Source of the DNA: Coriobacteriaceae bacterium
Lineage (GTDB): Bacteria; Actinomycetota; Coriobacteriia; Coriobacteriales; Coriobacteriaceae
Length of the DNA stretch: 64,000 nt
Assembly (NCBI GenBank): GCA_036718335.1
Contig: DAIMBN010000003.1
Location: 1,862-65,861 of the forward strand
Direction: 5' to 3'
Part shown: one piece after another, positions 45,611 to 55,112 of the stretch
How the letters are laid out: each line of letters starts with the position of its first letter
Numbering within the stretch: the first letter of the stretch is position 1
Made by a program: the position numbers and the translations under genes
Notes under the pieces: generated by a model
Told to the model about the DNA's origin: nothing
Seen by the model: the letters and a program-made list of their open reading frames with translations, nothing else
Database searches by the model: none

Positions 45611-46634
45611 AGTCATAACATTCGGTATTCCCTCGTATAACGCCGCCAAGGACATGGACCATTGCATCACCTCCATCTTGGAGGGGAGCAATTACGCCAC
45701 CGATATCGAGATTATCGTAGTGGACGACGGCTCCAAGGACGAGACGGCCGATAAGGCCGACGAGTGGGAGGCACGTTATCCCGGTATCATTCGCGCGGTG
45801 CACCAGGAGAACGGCGGCCACGGTATTGCCGTCCTTTCGGGTCTGCGCGAGGCACAGGGCACCTACTACAAGGTCGTCGACTCGGATGACTGGCTCGATG
45901 CTGCGGCTCTTTCGACTATGCTGTCGATTCTGCGTGGCTTTGAAGAGCGTGACCAGCGCGTTGACCTGTTTATCTCGAACTACGTGTACGAGAAGGTTTA
46001 CGAGGGCACGCATACCGCTATTGGCTACAAATTTGCCCTGTCGCGCAAAAAGATCTTTTCCTGGGATCAGATCGGTCATTTCCGCCTGGACCAGAACCTA
46101 CTCATGCACAGCCTGTGCTATCGCACGGATGTGCTGCGCGAGTCCAACCTTCCCATGCCGCCGCACACGTTCTATGTGGACAACATCTACGCCTACGTGC
46201 CGCTGCCGCGTTGCAAGACCATGTACTACGCCGACATCGACCTCTATCGCTACTTTATCGGTCGCGAGGGCCAGAGTGTCAACGAGGCCACGATGGTCAA
46301 GCGTCTGGACCAGCAGTTCCGTGTGACGCGCATCATGATGGAGTCGTACCACCTGTACAGCGATGTTGAGTCGTCGCGTCTGCGCTCGTACATGATGGGC
46401 TATTTCACCATGATGATGGCGATCTGCTCGGTGCTCACCAAGCTTTCCGAGGAAGATTGCGCCGACGAGCGCCTAAAGACGCTGTGGAATGATTTGAAGG
46501 CCTACGACGAGCGCATGTATCGTCGTGCCCGCTACGGCGTGGTCGGGTTCTTCACCAATCTGCGCGGACGGGCCGGAGACAAAACCACACTCGGCCTATA
46601 CCGTCTTGCCTCAAAGATCTTCAAATTCAACTAG
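45603..46634 (+). CDS. Family 2 glycosyltransferase (probably galactofuranosyl-related, by context)
   Basis: FGIPSYNAAKDMDHCITSIL...VVDDGSKDET...DSDD motifs. The start overlaps the glf stop. Confidence 0.8.
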   Translation: MHKVITFGIPSYNAAKDMDHCITSILEGSNYATDIEIIVVDDGSKDETADKADEWEARYPGIIRAVHQENGGHGIAVLSGLREAQGTYYKVVDSDDWLDAAALSTMLSILRGFEERDQRVDLFISNYVYEKVYEGTHTAIGYKFALSRKKIFSWDQIGHFRLDQNLLMHSLCYRTDVLRESNLPMPPHTFYVDNIYAYVPLPRCKTMYYADIDLYRYFIGREGQSVNEATMVKRLDQQFRVTRIMMESYHLYSDVESSRLRSYMMGYFTMMMAICSVLTKLSEEDCADERLKTLWNDLKAYDERMYRRARYGVVGFFTNLRGRAGDKTTLGLYRLASKIFKFN

Positions 46635-46666
46635 CTGCCGAGTAATCGCTGCTGATAGGTTGACTG

Positions 46667-46776
46667 GGCCCCTTGGCCTTTAGTTTGCTACTGCGAACAG
46701 TCCTGCTCGCACGGAAAGCACATTAAGTGCTTTCCGGCTCGTGCGGAACTTGTATCAAACTAAAGGCCAAGGGGCC
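46667..46776 (+). repeat. Family-2 long hairpin repeat, copy X1 (3' of the GT2 gene)
   Basis: Outer stem GGCCCCTTGGCCTTTAGTTT / AAACTAAAGGCCAAGGGGCC. Core ...ACAGTCCTGCTCGCACG-GAAAGCAC ATTAA GTGCTTTC-CGGCTCGTGCGGAACT... Confidence 0.85.
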
Positions 46777-46871
46777 TCTGCTATAAGAATCGATTGTCAG
46801 TTTATTTGAATTTGAAGATCTTCGACGCGCGGTACACAGGGGCCTGGGCTGAAAAGAATCTGGTTGGTAGG

Positions 46872-46992
46872 TTGCCCGGTGGGGCTTGGTTATGTTTGTC
46901 GCGAGTTCCGCACGAGCCGAAGAGCACTTAATGTGCTCTTCGTGCGAGCCAGGACTGTAGAGCAGCAAACATAACCAAGCCCCACCGGGCAA
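46872..46992 (-). repeat. Family-2 long hairpin repeat, copy X2 (inverted, 3' of the S58 peptidase gene)
   Basis: Reverse-complement core ...ACAGTCCTGGCTCGCACG-AAGAGCAC ATTAA GTGCTCTT-CGGCTCGTGCGGAACT... The outer stem has an entirely different sequence (TTGCCCGGTGGGGCTTGGTTATGTTT / AAACATAACCAAGCCCCACCGGGCAA). Confidence 0.85.
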
Positions 46993-47006
46993 CCGGTCAG
47001 GTTAGG

Positions 47007-48008
47007 CTACTTCGCGGCGCCGGGGATGCCGTGGGAGGTTTTGGCGGTTTTGGCTCCGTTTACGATGGCGGTCTGTAGGGCCCTTACGGCGAGCATGCCC
47101 AGTAGGTCTAGGGGAACGGCGGCGCTTGTCTGAGCGTCTAGTTTGCCGCTGGCGAGGGTGTAGATGGTGTCGCCGTCGTTGGTGGTGTGTGTGGGGCGGA
47201 TGGCGTGTGCGTAGGCGTCTGCGGCCATCTGGGAGACCTTGGTGGCTTGTGCCTTAGTGAGTTCCACGTTGGTGACGATGCAGCTGATGGTGGTGTTGGT
47301 GCGGTCGAGCGGCATCTGCATGGATCCGGCGGCGGCAAAGGCTGCGAGTTCCATGTCGACGATCTGGTCGCTATCGGCTGCGGCGCGCATGCCGGCGACC
47401 CACTCGCCGGTGAAGGGGTCGACAACGTTGCCGCAGGCGTTGACCGAGACCACGGCGCCCACCTTGATGGGGCCGAGTGCCACGGCGGCAGCTCCAAGGC
47501 CGGCCTTCATGCAGGTGGCAGGCCCCATGAGCTTACCCACGGTAGCGCCCGTGCCGGCGCCTACGTTGCCCTGTTCGAGCTTGGTGGGGGTGTGGTCGAG
47601 TGCTTCGCGCACGGCGGCGATGCCGGCCTCAATGTCGGGGCGCACGGTGGGGTTACCAAAGGCGAGGTCGAAGATACAGCTGGAGCACACGATAGGCACC
47701 TGCGTGGGGCCGACGGGAAGGCCGATGCCGCGGCTCTCAAGCTCGCGAGCGACGCCGCTTGCAGCCTCGAGGCCAAAGGCCGATCCACCCGAAAGGCAGA
47801 CGGCGTGGACCTTGTCGACGGTGTTCTCGGGTCGCAGCAGGTCGGTTTCGCGCGATGCTGGAGCACCGCCGCGAACGTCAACGCCGCCGGTGGCGCCCTC
47901 GGGTGCCACGATTACGGTGCAACCGGTGCCGGCCTCCTCGTCCGTATAGTTGCCATAGCAAAAGCCATCGACATCGCAGACGTCAATGGCCTCGAGCAGT
48001 GTATCCAT
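47007..48008 (-). CDS. P1/S58-family aminopeptidase (DmpA-like)
   Basis: ...GTGCTVIVAPEGATGGVDVRGGAPASRETDLL... and the GGSAFGL motif; 333 aa. Confidence 0.8.
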   Translation of the reverse strand: MDTLLEAIDVCDVDGFCYGNYTDEEAGTGCTVIVAPEGATGGVDVRGGAPASRETDLLRPENTVDKVHAVCLSGGSAFGLEAASGVARELESRGIGLPVGPTQVPIVCSSCIFDLAFGNPTVRPDIEAGIAAVREALDHTPTKLEQGNVGAGTGATVGKLMGPATCMKAGLGAAAVALGPIKVGAVVSVNACGNVVDPFTGEWVAGMRAAADSDQIVDMELAAFAAAGSMQMPLDRTNTTISCIVTNVELTKAQATKVSQMAADAYAHAIRPTHTTNDGDTIYTLASGKLDAQTSAAVPLDLLGMLAVRALQTAIVNGAKTAKTSHGIPGAAK

Positions 48009-48109
48009 GTTTAACTCCTATCGGTTTTCCGCCGCGCCTTGTGCCCGGTCGGGATCCGTACGGTACGCCAAAATTGTAGGCGCCGGGGGATACCCAGCGC
48101 CAGATGCAA

Positions 48110-48691
48110 TTACGAGAGTTTTTGAATCGCGCGCGCGACGCGGGCGATGGGTAGGCCCACCACGTTATAGAAGTCGCCCGAAATATCGTGCACGAGCATG
48201 CGTCCTCCTGTGCCCTGAATGCCGTAGGCGCCGGCCTTGTCCATGGGCTCACCCGAGGCGACGTAGTGCTCGATCTGCTCGTCGGTGAGCTCGTAGAACG
48301 TCACGTCGGTCACATCGACAAAGGACAGGCTTTCGGCGGCATGCGGGGCGGCCGTATCGCCTGCCTTAACGATGCAGACGCCGGTTGCGACCTGGTGCGT
48401 GCGGCCCGAAAGCTCACGGAGCATAGTGCGCGCCTCGTCCTCGGTTGCCGGCTTGCCCAGAATCTTGCCGTCAAAGGTGACGATGGTGTCGGCCGCGACC
48501 GTCAGCTCATTGGGCTCGGCATACTCGGCAGCAACGGCAGCCGCCTTGGCGCGTGCCAAGCGCTCGACAAGCGTGAGCGGGGCCTCGCCATCAAAGGGCG
48601 TTTCGTCGATATCCGCGGGAATCACGCGAATGTTGTAGCCTGCCTCGCGCATCAGCTCTATGCGGCGCGGCGATTGCGAAGCCAAAATCAT
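48110..48691 (-). CDS. maf: Maf-family nucleoside triphosphate pyrophosphatase
   Basis: MILASQSPRRIELM... and the ...DKAGAYGIQG motif. Confidence 0.9.
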   Translation of the reverse strand: MILASQSPRRIELMREAGYNIRVIPADIDETPFDGEAPLTLVERLARAKAAAVAAEYAEPNELTVAADTIVTFDGKILGKPATEDEARTMLRELSGRTHQVATGVCIVKAGDTAAPHAAESLSFVDVTDVTFYELTDEQIEHYVASGEPMDKAGAYGIQGTGGRMLVHDISGDFYNVVGLPIARVARAIQKLS

Positions 48692-49230
48692 AGTTGGATG
48701 CCCTCGGCGACCTTCTCGACGGCCTTGTCGCCGGCGAGCGTGCGCAGCAGCTCCAATGCAAAGGGGAGGGACTGTGCCATGCCGCTGGCAGTGATGATGT
48801 TGCCGTCTTGCGTGACCTTCTCGCCGGTATAGGCGCCTTCGGGGAAGCTTTTCTCAAAGCCAGGGAAGCACGTGGCATGGCGCCCCTCGAGCAGGTCGAG
48901 CTCGCCCAGGATAAACGGGGCGGCGCAGATGGCGGCGACGTGCTTGGTTGCGGCGAACTCGCAGACCACGTCGCAGACGCGCTGATCTGCGCGCAGGTTG
49001 GTGGCACCGGGCAGGCCGCCGGGCAGCACGACGCAGTCGTACTCGTCAAAGTTGATCTCATCAAAGAGCGCATCGCAGGTCACGGGGATCTGCAGCGAGC
49101 TTACGACCTCGCGCGTGGGCATGATCGAGACGAGCGTGGCACGCACGCCGCCGCGACGCATGACATCGACCATGGTCAAGCATTCAATAGTTTCAAAGCC
49201 ATCGGCGGCGAGAACGGCAACGCTGGGCAT
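48688..49230 (-). CDS. DJ-1/PfpI-family protein
   Basis: ...VAVLAADGFETIE...AICAAP nucleophile-elbow Cys. ATGs at 49230, 49245 and 49254 are all possible starts. There is a 4-nt overlap with maf. Confidence 0.75.
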   Translation of the reverse strand: MPSVAVLAADGFETIECLTMVDVMRRGGVRATLVSIMPTREVVSSLQIPVTCDALFDEINFDEYDCVVLPGGLPGATNLRADQRVCDVVCEFAATKHVAAICAAPFILGELDLLEGRHATCFPGFEKSFPEGAYTGEKVTQDGNIITASGMAQSLPFALELLRTLAGDKAVEKVAEGIQL

Positions 49231-49267
49231 GAGGGTTCCTTTCATAGGCGGCATACAATTAGCCGTC

Positions 49268-50650
49268 TTATACCCCGAAGACTTCCGCTTGCCACGCTCG
49301 ATTTCCCAATGATTTTTCTGAGCAATGATTAAGTGGATAGTTGCGTCTAAGGTGGACGACGGTCTCGCAGTGGAAGGTTTGTGGGAACAGGTCGACTGGC
49401 GCGATCTTTACGGGGGAGAAGGTGCCTTCTTCGACAAAGCGTTTGAGATCGCGCGCCAGGGTGGCCGGGTCGCAGCTCACGTAGGCGACATCGCGGGCAC
49501 TCGTGCTGGCGATAAGGTCGATCGCTTCGGGGGCGAGGCCTGCGCGCGGCGGGTCGACCACCAAGACGTCGGCATCCAGGTCGGGGAACTCGCGCACCGC
49601 GTCTCCGCCAATGACGTCGACGTTATCAAGCTTGTTGATCTCCAGGTTACGGCGCAGGTCGCGCACGGCGGGGCCGTAGGCCTCGACGGCGGCGACAAAG
49701 TCGCAGCGGCGGGCGAGCGGCAGGGTAAAGGTGCCGGCACCGCAGTACAGGTCCACGGCAAGCTCGTCTTCCTGCGGATCGAGCGCTTCCATGACAAGCT
49801 CGATCAAAATCTCGGCACCCTTGGTGTTGACCTGGAAAAAAGACGGGGCAGACAAGCGCATCTGACCCTCGGCGATATTCTCGGTCCATGAGCCCTCACC
49901 GGCGAGCATCTCCACCTTAGAGACACGGCGGGCCTTCTTTTCGCCCTTGCTCATCACGCGCACGATGCTCGTGGGATGAGCGGCGTCCGCCAGCACGCGG
50001 GAGACCTGCGAGCGCGGAAAAGAGCCTGTCGGCGTCCAGAGTGCGACCTCGAGTGCCTTGGTGCGGCGCGATGCGCGAATGCCCACGCGTTCGAGCCCCA
50101 AGTCATGGCTGCCGCTTAGATAGTTAAGTGCGCCGACGACCGATTTGAGTGCCTTCGGGAAGCGCTTATCGAACAGCGGACACATATCGACGGTCACGAT
50201 TTTGCTGGGGTCGACACCGTGCATGCCAAGGCGCACGCGACCGTTGACGACGGTCGGTTCGAGCTCGATTTTATTGCGGTAGCCCCAGTCGTCCTTGGTG
50301 TGGCAGATGGGCTGTACCAACTCATCGACCTGCTCAGGAGCGAACTTGCCGATGCGCTCGAGCGTGGAGCGCAGGTTTTGCTCCTTGGCAGCGAGCTGTG
50401 CCGTGCGTGAGAGATTGCCCCACGAGCAGCCGCCGCAGATGCCCACGAAGGGGCAGGGAGGCTGAATGCGATTGGGGCTTGGCTCCAGAATCTCGGTGGT
50501 GCGGGCGCGCATGAATGACTTGCCGTCCTGTACGACCTCGGCCTCGACGGTGTCGCCTGCCACGGCACCCTGCACAAAGACGGCCTTGCCGTTGTCGGCG
50601 TGCGCCAGCCCGTCGGCGCCGTAGGTCATCGATTCTATAGTGAGCTTCAT
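49268..50650 (-). CDS. 23S rRNA (uracil-5)-methyltransferase, RumA/RlmD-like (TRAM plus Fe-S plus SAM MTase)
   Basis: TRAM N-terminus, Cys cluster CPFVGICGGCSW, the SAM motif DLYCGAGTF and a C-terminal catalytic Cys (YVSCDP). Confidence 0.85.
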   Translation of the reverse strand: MKLTIESMTYGADGLAHADNGKAVFVQGAVAGDTVEAEVVQDGKSFMRARTTEILEPSPNRIQPPCPFVGICGGCSWGNLSRTAQLAAKEQNLRSTLERIGKFAPEQVDELVQPICHTKDDWGYRNKIELEPTVVNGRVRLGMHGVDPSKIVTVDMCPLFDKRFPKALKSVVGALNYLSGSHDLGLERVGIRASRRTKALEVALWTPTGSFPRSQVSRVLADAAHPTSIVRVMSKGEKKARRVSKVEMLAGEGSWTENIAEGQMRLSAPSFFQVNTKGAEILIELVMEALDPQEDELAVDLYCGAGTFTLPLARRCDFVAAVEAYGPAVRDLRRNLEINKLDNVDVIGGDAVREFPDLDADVLVVDPPRAGLAPEAIDLIASTSARDVAYVSCDPATLARDLKRFVEEGTFSPVKIAPVDLFPQTFHCETVVHLRRNYPLNHCSEKSLGNRAWQAEVFGV

Positions 50651-50763
50651 ATTCCTGCCTGTCATTCGCGTTGTTGTTCGCACCATGGTAGCAGGGAAAA
50701 GCGCCCCGCATCCGAGGCTTTCCTCAAATGCGGGGCGCTTCTACAAACTGCTTCTACAAACGA

Positions 50764-53172
50764 CTATTTCGTCTTGCCGGTAATGAGCGTCTTAAGACCC
50801 AGGCCGATCAGACCCAGGCCCATGCGCACGCGGCCGGGGCGATGGCGCTCGATGGCCTTGGTCTTGCCAGCGGGCTTATCGCGACGGGCGCTCGTCTCGG
50901 GTGCGGGCTTGGTGACCTGCGGATCGGGCTGAGGTGCAGGTGCAGGCTCGGGCTCAATGACGGTCGCCTGGACCTCTTGGACCTTGGGTGCTACTGGCTG
51001 CGGCTCGGCCTCGGAGGCAGGTTCCGCCTCAATGACGGGCCCGGGCGCGGCCTCGGCGTTGCGATAGGCGCGCTCCAGCAGGGCTTCCTGTGAGTTGAAG
51101 GGTTTCTCACCCTCTGCACGCTCCACGGGGACCCAGGTGCCGTCGCTCGTGAGGCTGCGGGCCTTCACGTTGTCGCGCAGCTGCATGCCCATGTACTCGT
51201 GCACCAGGGCGCGGCAGGTGGGGTCGAGCACGGGGAAGGCAATCTCCACGCGGTGCTCGGTGTTGCGCGTCATCATGTCTGCCGAGCTCAGGTAAATCAT
51301 GTCCGAGTCCACGCCGAAAGCATAGACGCGCGCGTGCTCCAAAAAGCGTCCGACGATGGAGCGGACATGCACGTTCTCGGTCTTGCCCGGAACACCGGGC
51401 TTGAGGCACGAGATGCCTCGGATGATCATGTCTACGCGCACGCCGGCACACGATGCCTCGGCGATCTTGTCGATAACCTCGCGGTCGGTCAGCGAGTTGA
51501 GCTTAAAGAACACGCGGGCGGGCTCGCCGGCAAGGGCGCGCTGGATCTCGCGGTCAAGCCCGCGCATGATGAGCGGTTTCAGTCCGACGGGCGCCACACC
51601 CAGGAAGCGGTAGTCGCCGCGCAGGTTGCCCAGCGACAGGTTGCGGAAGAACAGGTTGGCGTCCTCGCCGATGCCGGGATGGGCTGTCATGAGCATAAAG
51701 TCGCTGTAGAGTTTGGCCGTCTTCTCGTTAAAGTTGCCGGTGCCCAAAAGTGTGAGGCGCGTTAGCGCCATGCCCTCGCGATAGGTGAGCTGGCAGATCT
51801 TTGAGTGGCATTTAAAGCCCTCGGAACCATAGATGACGGTGCAGCCGGCCTCTTCCAGGCGCTCGGCCCACTCGATGTTGTTCTGCTCGTCAAAGCGTGC
51901 GCGGAGCTCCATGAGCACCGTGACCTCTTTGCCGTTCTCGGCAGCATCGATCAGCGACTCGCATAGGCGGCTCTGCTTGGCCACGCGGTAGAGCGTGATG
52001 CGCAGCGAGATGCACTCGGGGTCATAGGCGGCCTCGTGCACCAGGTCCAAGAACGGGTTCATGGCCTCGTAGGGATAAAAGAGCAGCTTGTCGTGCTGCA
52101 GCACCTGCTCGCGGATGGAGCGGGTCATGTCGATGGTGGGATTGGGCTGCGGCTTAAACGGCGTAAAGAGCAGCTCGTTGCGCAGGTGCTCGGGAATCTT
52201 GCCCTCAATGCCAAAGACGTAGCCCAGGTTGAGCGGGATATCGCAGGTAAAGACCGAGCGACGCGAAAGCTCGAGCGCCTTGCGGATAGTCTTGAGCGTC
52301 GCCTTCTCGAGCGATCCCGAGACCGCGAGCACTACCGGCTGCAGGCGCAGGCGCTTCTTGAGAATGCGCTTCATGTGCTGGCGGTAGTCCTCTTCCTCCT
52401 CGACGCCCTCGCCGTCCGGATCGATGTCAGCGTTGCGGGTGACGCGGATCAGCGCACGATCCAGCGGCTTATAGGAGCCAAAGCAGCTGTCCAGGCAGGC
52501 GAGGATGACGTCCTCGAGCAAGATGTAGGAGTAGGTGCCGGTGGGCGAGGGGATCTCGACCACGCGGTTCATCGAGGCGGGAATCTCGATAAGGCCCAGC
52601 AGGCTCTCCTCGTCGGTGGCACCGTCCAGACCACAGGCCAGATAGAGCGCGCCATTGCGCAGGTTGGGGAAGGGGTGGCGAGGATCGATGACCAGCGGCG
52701 AGATGACCGGTGACACGTAGGCCTGGAAGTAGCGGGTTACAAAGGTGCGCTCCTCGGGCGTAAGCGAATCGATGCGGGCGCGGTGAACGCCCAAGGTGTC
52801 GAGCTTGCCCTCGATGCTCTTAAAGATGGACTCCCAACGGGTAAGGAGCCCGGGCATTTCGGCCATGACAGCATCGACCTGTTCGGAGGCGGTCATATTG
52901 CTCTTGTTGTCGACAGGTTGTTTTTTGAGCTCCGCCAGATCGGACAGGCCGCCCACGCGCACCATAAGGAACTCGTCGAGGTTGGACTCGAAGATCGAGA
53001 CGAACTTTAGTCGCTCGAATAACGGAACGGTTTCGTCGAAGGCTTCGTCGAGCACGCGGTTGTCAAAGCGTAGCCAGCTGAGCTCTCGGTTTTGCGTGTA
53101 CGAGAAGTCGCGCGGCGGTTTGCGCAGCTTTGCGGCGGCTTGCTTCTTTTCGATTTTGCTCGGCATATGCAT
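50764..53172 (-). CDS. ppk1: Polyphosphate kinase 1 with a ~110-aa Pro/Glu-rich C-terminal extension ending in a hydrophobic segment
   Basis: YTQNRELSWLRFDNRVLDEA N-terminus and two PLD-like HKD regions (CHSKICQL...). The tail reads ...EPEPAPAPQPDPQVTKPAPE...RMGLGLIGLGLKTLITGKTK. Confidence 0.85.
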   Translation of the reverse strand: MHMPSKIEKKQAAAKLRKPPRDFSYTQNRELSWLRFDNRVLDEAFDETVPLFERLKFVSIFESNLDEFLMVRVGGLSDLAELKKQPVDNKSNMTASEQVDAVMAEMPGLLTRWESIFKSIEGKLDTLGVHRARIDSLTPEERTFVTRYFQAYVSPVISPLVIDPRHPFPNLRNGALYLACGLDGATDEESLLGLIEIPASMNRVVEIPSPTGTYSYILLEDVILACLDSCFGSYKPLDRALIRVTRNADIDPDGEGVEEEEDYRQHMKRILKKRLRLQPVVLAVSGSLEKATLKTIRKALELSRRSVFTCDIPLNLGYVFGIEGKIPEHLRNELLFTPFKPQPNPTIDMTRSIREQVLQHDKLLFYPYEAMNPFLDLVHEAAYDPECISLRITLYRVAKQSRLCESLIDAAENGKEVTVLMELRARFDEQNNIEWAERLEEAGCTVIYGSEGFKCHSKICQLTYREGMALTRLTLLGTGNFNEKTAKLYSDFMLMTAHPGIGEDANLFFRNLSLGNLRGDYRFLGVAPVGLKPLIMRGLDREIQRALAGEPARVFFKLNSLTDREVIDKIAEASCAGVRVDMIIRGISCLKPGVPGKTENVHVRSIVGRFLEHARVYAFGVDSDMIYLSSADMMTRNTEHRVEIAFPVLDPTCRALVHEYMGMQLRDNVKARSLTSDGTWVPVERAEGEKPFNSQEALLERAYRNAEAAPGPVIEAEPASEAEPQPVAPKVQEVQATVIEPEPAPAPQPDPQVTKPAPETSARRDKPAGKTKAIERHRPGRVRMGLGLIGLGLKTLITGKTK

Positions 53173-53361
53173 CTGTCCGTTCAGTCCCCACAAGGGACGG
53201 TAGCCTAACACTAATCACTATTGTCTCAATTTAGTCGACCGCTGGCACGGACGTATCGCGTGAACGGTATCTTTACCTACTTCTTACGCTGACAAGTCAT
53301 AGGACTGACGTCCTGCTCGTCTGCAAGCGGTCTATATCCTCACTCAACTGGTACGTAAGTG

Positions 53362-53396
53362 TGAATAAGAATGATGGATAGCTGAATATCATTGAA
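53362..53396 (+). promoter_or_regulatory. Two ARG-box-like sequences upstream of arcA copy 1
   Basis: TGAATAAGAATGAT (53362-53375) and TGAATATCATTGAA (53383-53396), compared with the Gram-positive ARG box TGAATwwwwATTCA. Confidence 0.3.
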
Positions 53397-53697
53397 TGCA
53401 GGCGGAAACGTAAACAAACATCATTTATATACATAAAACCGATTTAGCTATGCAATTCTGAATCAAAAGTTTAGAGATGCAATTGCAAATAGTTTTTTGG
53501 AAAAAAGAGCGTTTACCTTAGAAAAGTTACTTTAGAACGCCGAAGTACATTATGGGGGAATCTCGTGCGATATACCGTTCATCGCACTTTGTTGACCGTT
53601 CGGGGGCGAGGTGGAATTGCGGGTGGAATTTGGATATAACTAGAGCTGTCAGCAAGCAGCGTCCGCTATGGAAGGGCGCTGAGAGATTCGGCCGAAA

Positions 53698-54962
53698 GGC
53701 CCGAAAGAAAGGTAGGAGGCCATGACGAAAGGTCTGCACGTGCCTTCCGAGATCGGCAAGCTCAGGAAGGTCTGCCTGCACCGTCCCGGCGACGAGCTCC
53801 TCAACCTGCCGCCCGACGAGCTCGAGCGACTCCTGTTCGACGACGTCCCGTTCCTGGAGGTCGCGCAGCAGGAGCACGACACCTTCGCCCAGATCCTGAG
53901 GGACCAGGGCGTGGAGGTCCTCTATCTCGAGAACCTCGTCGCCGAGGTGTTCGACCAGGTCCCCGGCGCCCGCGCCGAGTTCACCGACCAGTACATCGCC
54001 GAGGCCGGCATCCGCGGCCAGCACATGCCGCAGATCGTCCGCGAGAAGCTGGACTCCATCGAGGACAACCTCGAGTTCGTCAAGAAGACCATGGCCGGCA
54101 TGACCAAGTCCGAGATCGACATGCCCCTCACGGCCTCCACGACCCTCGACTCCCTGGTCAACTCCGAGTCCGAGTCCGACCTGATCATCGACCCGATGCC
54201 CAACCTCTACTTCACCCGCGACCCGTTCGCGGTCGTCGGCGAGGGCGTCAACCTCAACCGCATGTACTCGGTCACCCGCAACCGCGAGACCCTGTACGGC
54301 AAGTACGTCTTCAAGTACCACCCCGACTACAAGGACGTCTCGCTGTACTTCCGCCGCGACTGCCAGTTCCACACCGAGGGCGGCGACGTGCTGAACATCA
54401 ACGAGAAGACCCTCGCCGTCGGCATCTCCCAGCGCACCCAGGCCGCCGCGATCGACGTCATGGCCCAGAACATCTTCTGGAACTCCGACTCCAAGGTCGA
54501 GCGCATCCTGGCCTTCGACATCCCGGTCTCGCGCGCCTTCATGCACCTCGACACGGTCTTCACCCAGATCGACGTCGATAAGTTCACGATCCACCCCGCC
54601 ATCATGGGCACCCTGCGCGTCTACGAGCTGACCGCCGGCAAGAACCCGGGCGACGTGAACATCCGCCTGATCGAGGACACCCTCGAGCACGTCCTGGAGG
54701 ACGCCACCGGCGTCGACCAGGTCAAGCTGATCCCCTGCGGCGGCGGCGACCCGATCGCGGCCTCCCGCGAGCAGTGGAACGACGGCTCCAACACCCTGTG
54801 CGTCGAGCCCGGCAAGATCTGCGTCTACGCCCGCAACACCGTCACCAACGACGTGCTGTACAAGGAGGGCCTGGACCTTCTCGTCGTGCCCTCCGCCGAG
54901 CTCTCCCGCGGCCGCGGCGGCCCGCGCTGCATGAGCATGCCCTTCTGGCGCGAGGACCTCTA
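53698..54962 (+). repeat. 1265-bp direct repeat, copy 1 (SD plus the whole arcA CDS)
   Basis: Appears nucleotide-identical to 56787-58051 (offset 3089 bp). Identity starts at GGCCCGAAAGAAAGGTAGGAGGCC and ends inside the stop codon (TAG here, TAA in copy 2). Confidence 0.9.
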
Positions 54963-54963
54963 G
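53722..54963 (+). CDS. arcA: Arginine deiminase (copy 1)
   Basis: 413 aa. The SEIGKLRKVCLHRPG start and the catalytic-Cys region GGPRCMSMP. Confidence 0.9.
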   Translation: MTKGLHVPSEIGKLRKVCLHRPGDELLNLPPDELERLLFDDVPFLEVAQQEHDTFAQILRDQGVEVLYLENLVAEVFDQVPGARAEFTDQYIAEAGIRGQHMPQIVREKLDSIEDNLEFVKKTMAGMTKSEIDMPLTASTTLDSLVNSESESDLIIDPMPNLYFTRDPFAVVGEGVNLNRMYSVTRNRETLYGKYVFKYHPDYKDVSLYFRRDCQFHTEGGDVLNINEKTLAVGISQRTQAAAIDVMAQNIFWNSDSKVERILAFDIPVSRAFMHLDTVFTQIDVDKFTIHPAIMGTLRVYELTAGKNPGDVNIRLIEDTLEHVLEDATGVDQVKLIPCGGGDPIAASREQWNDGSNTLCVEPGKICVYARNTVTNDVLYKEGLDLLVVPSAELSRGRGGPRCMSMPFWREDL

Positions 54964-55112
54964 GGTCTTCTAGGACCCGTACAGGTCATAATACATACAT
55001 CTAGCTGCCATTAGATGTCTCCCATTGGGGCGGTGCGGGTTTTCGCACCGCCCCAATCTTGTATGAGGAACGTCAACACGATTGGATGACTGCTTTTGTA
55101 AGGAGCTTGGCC

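Noticed and set aside
46667-46992. Possibility that the long palindromes (families 1 and 2) are integron attC sites or a CRISPR-like array
   Set aside because: There is no intI integrase and no GTTRRRY / RYYYAAC core sites at the stem bases. There is no regular repeat-spacer periodicity and no cas genes in the window. Copies are dispersed behind unrelated housekeeping genes.
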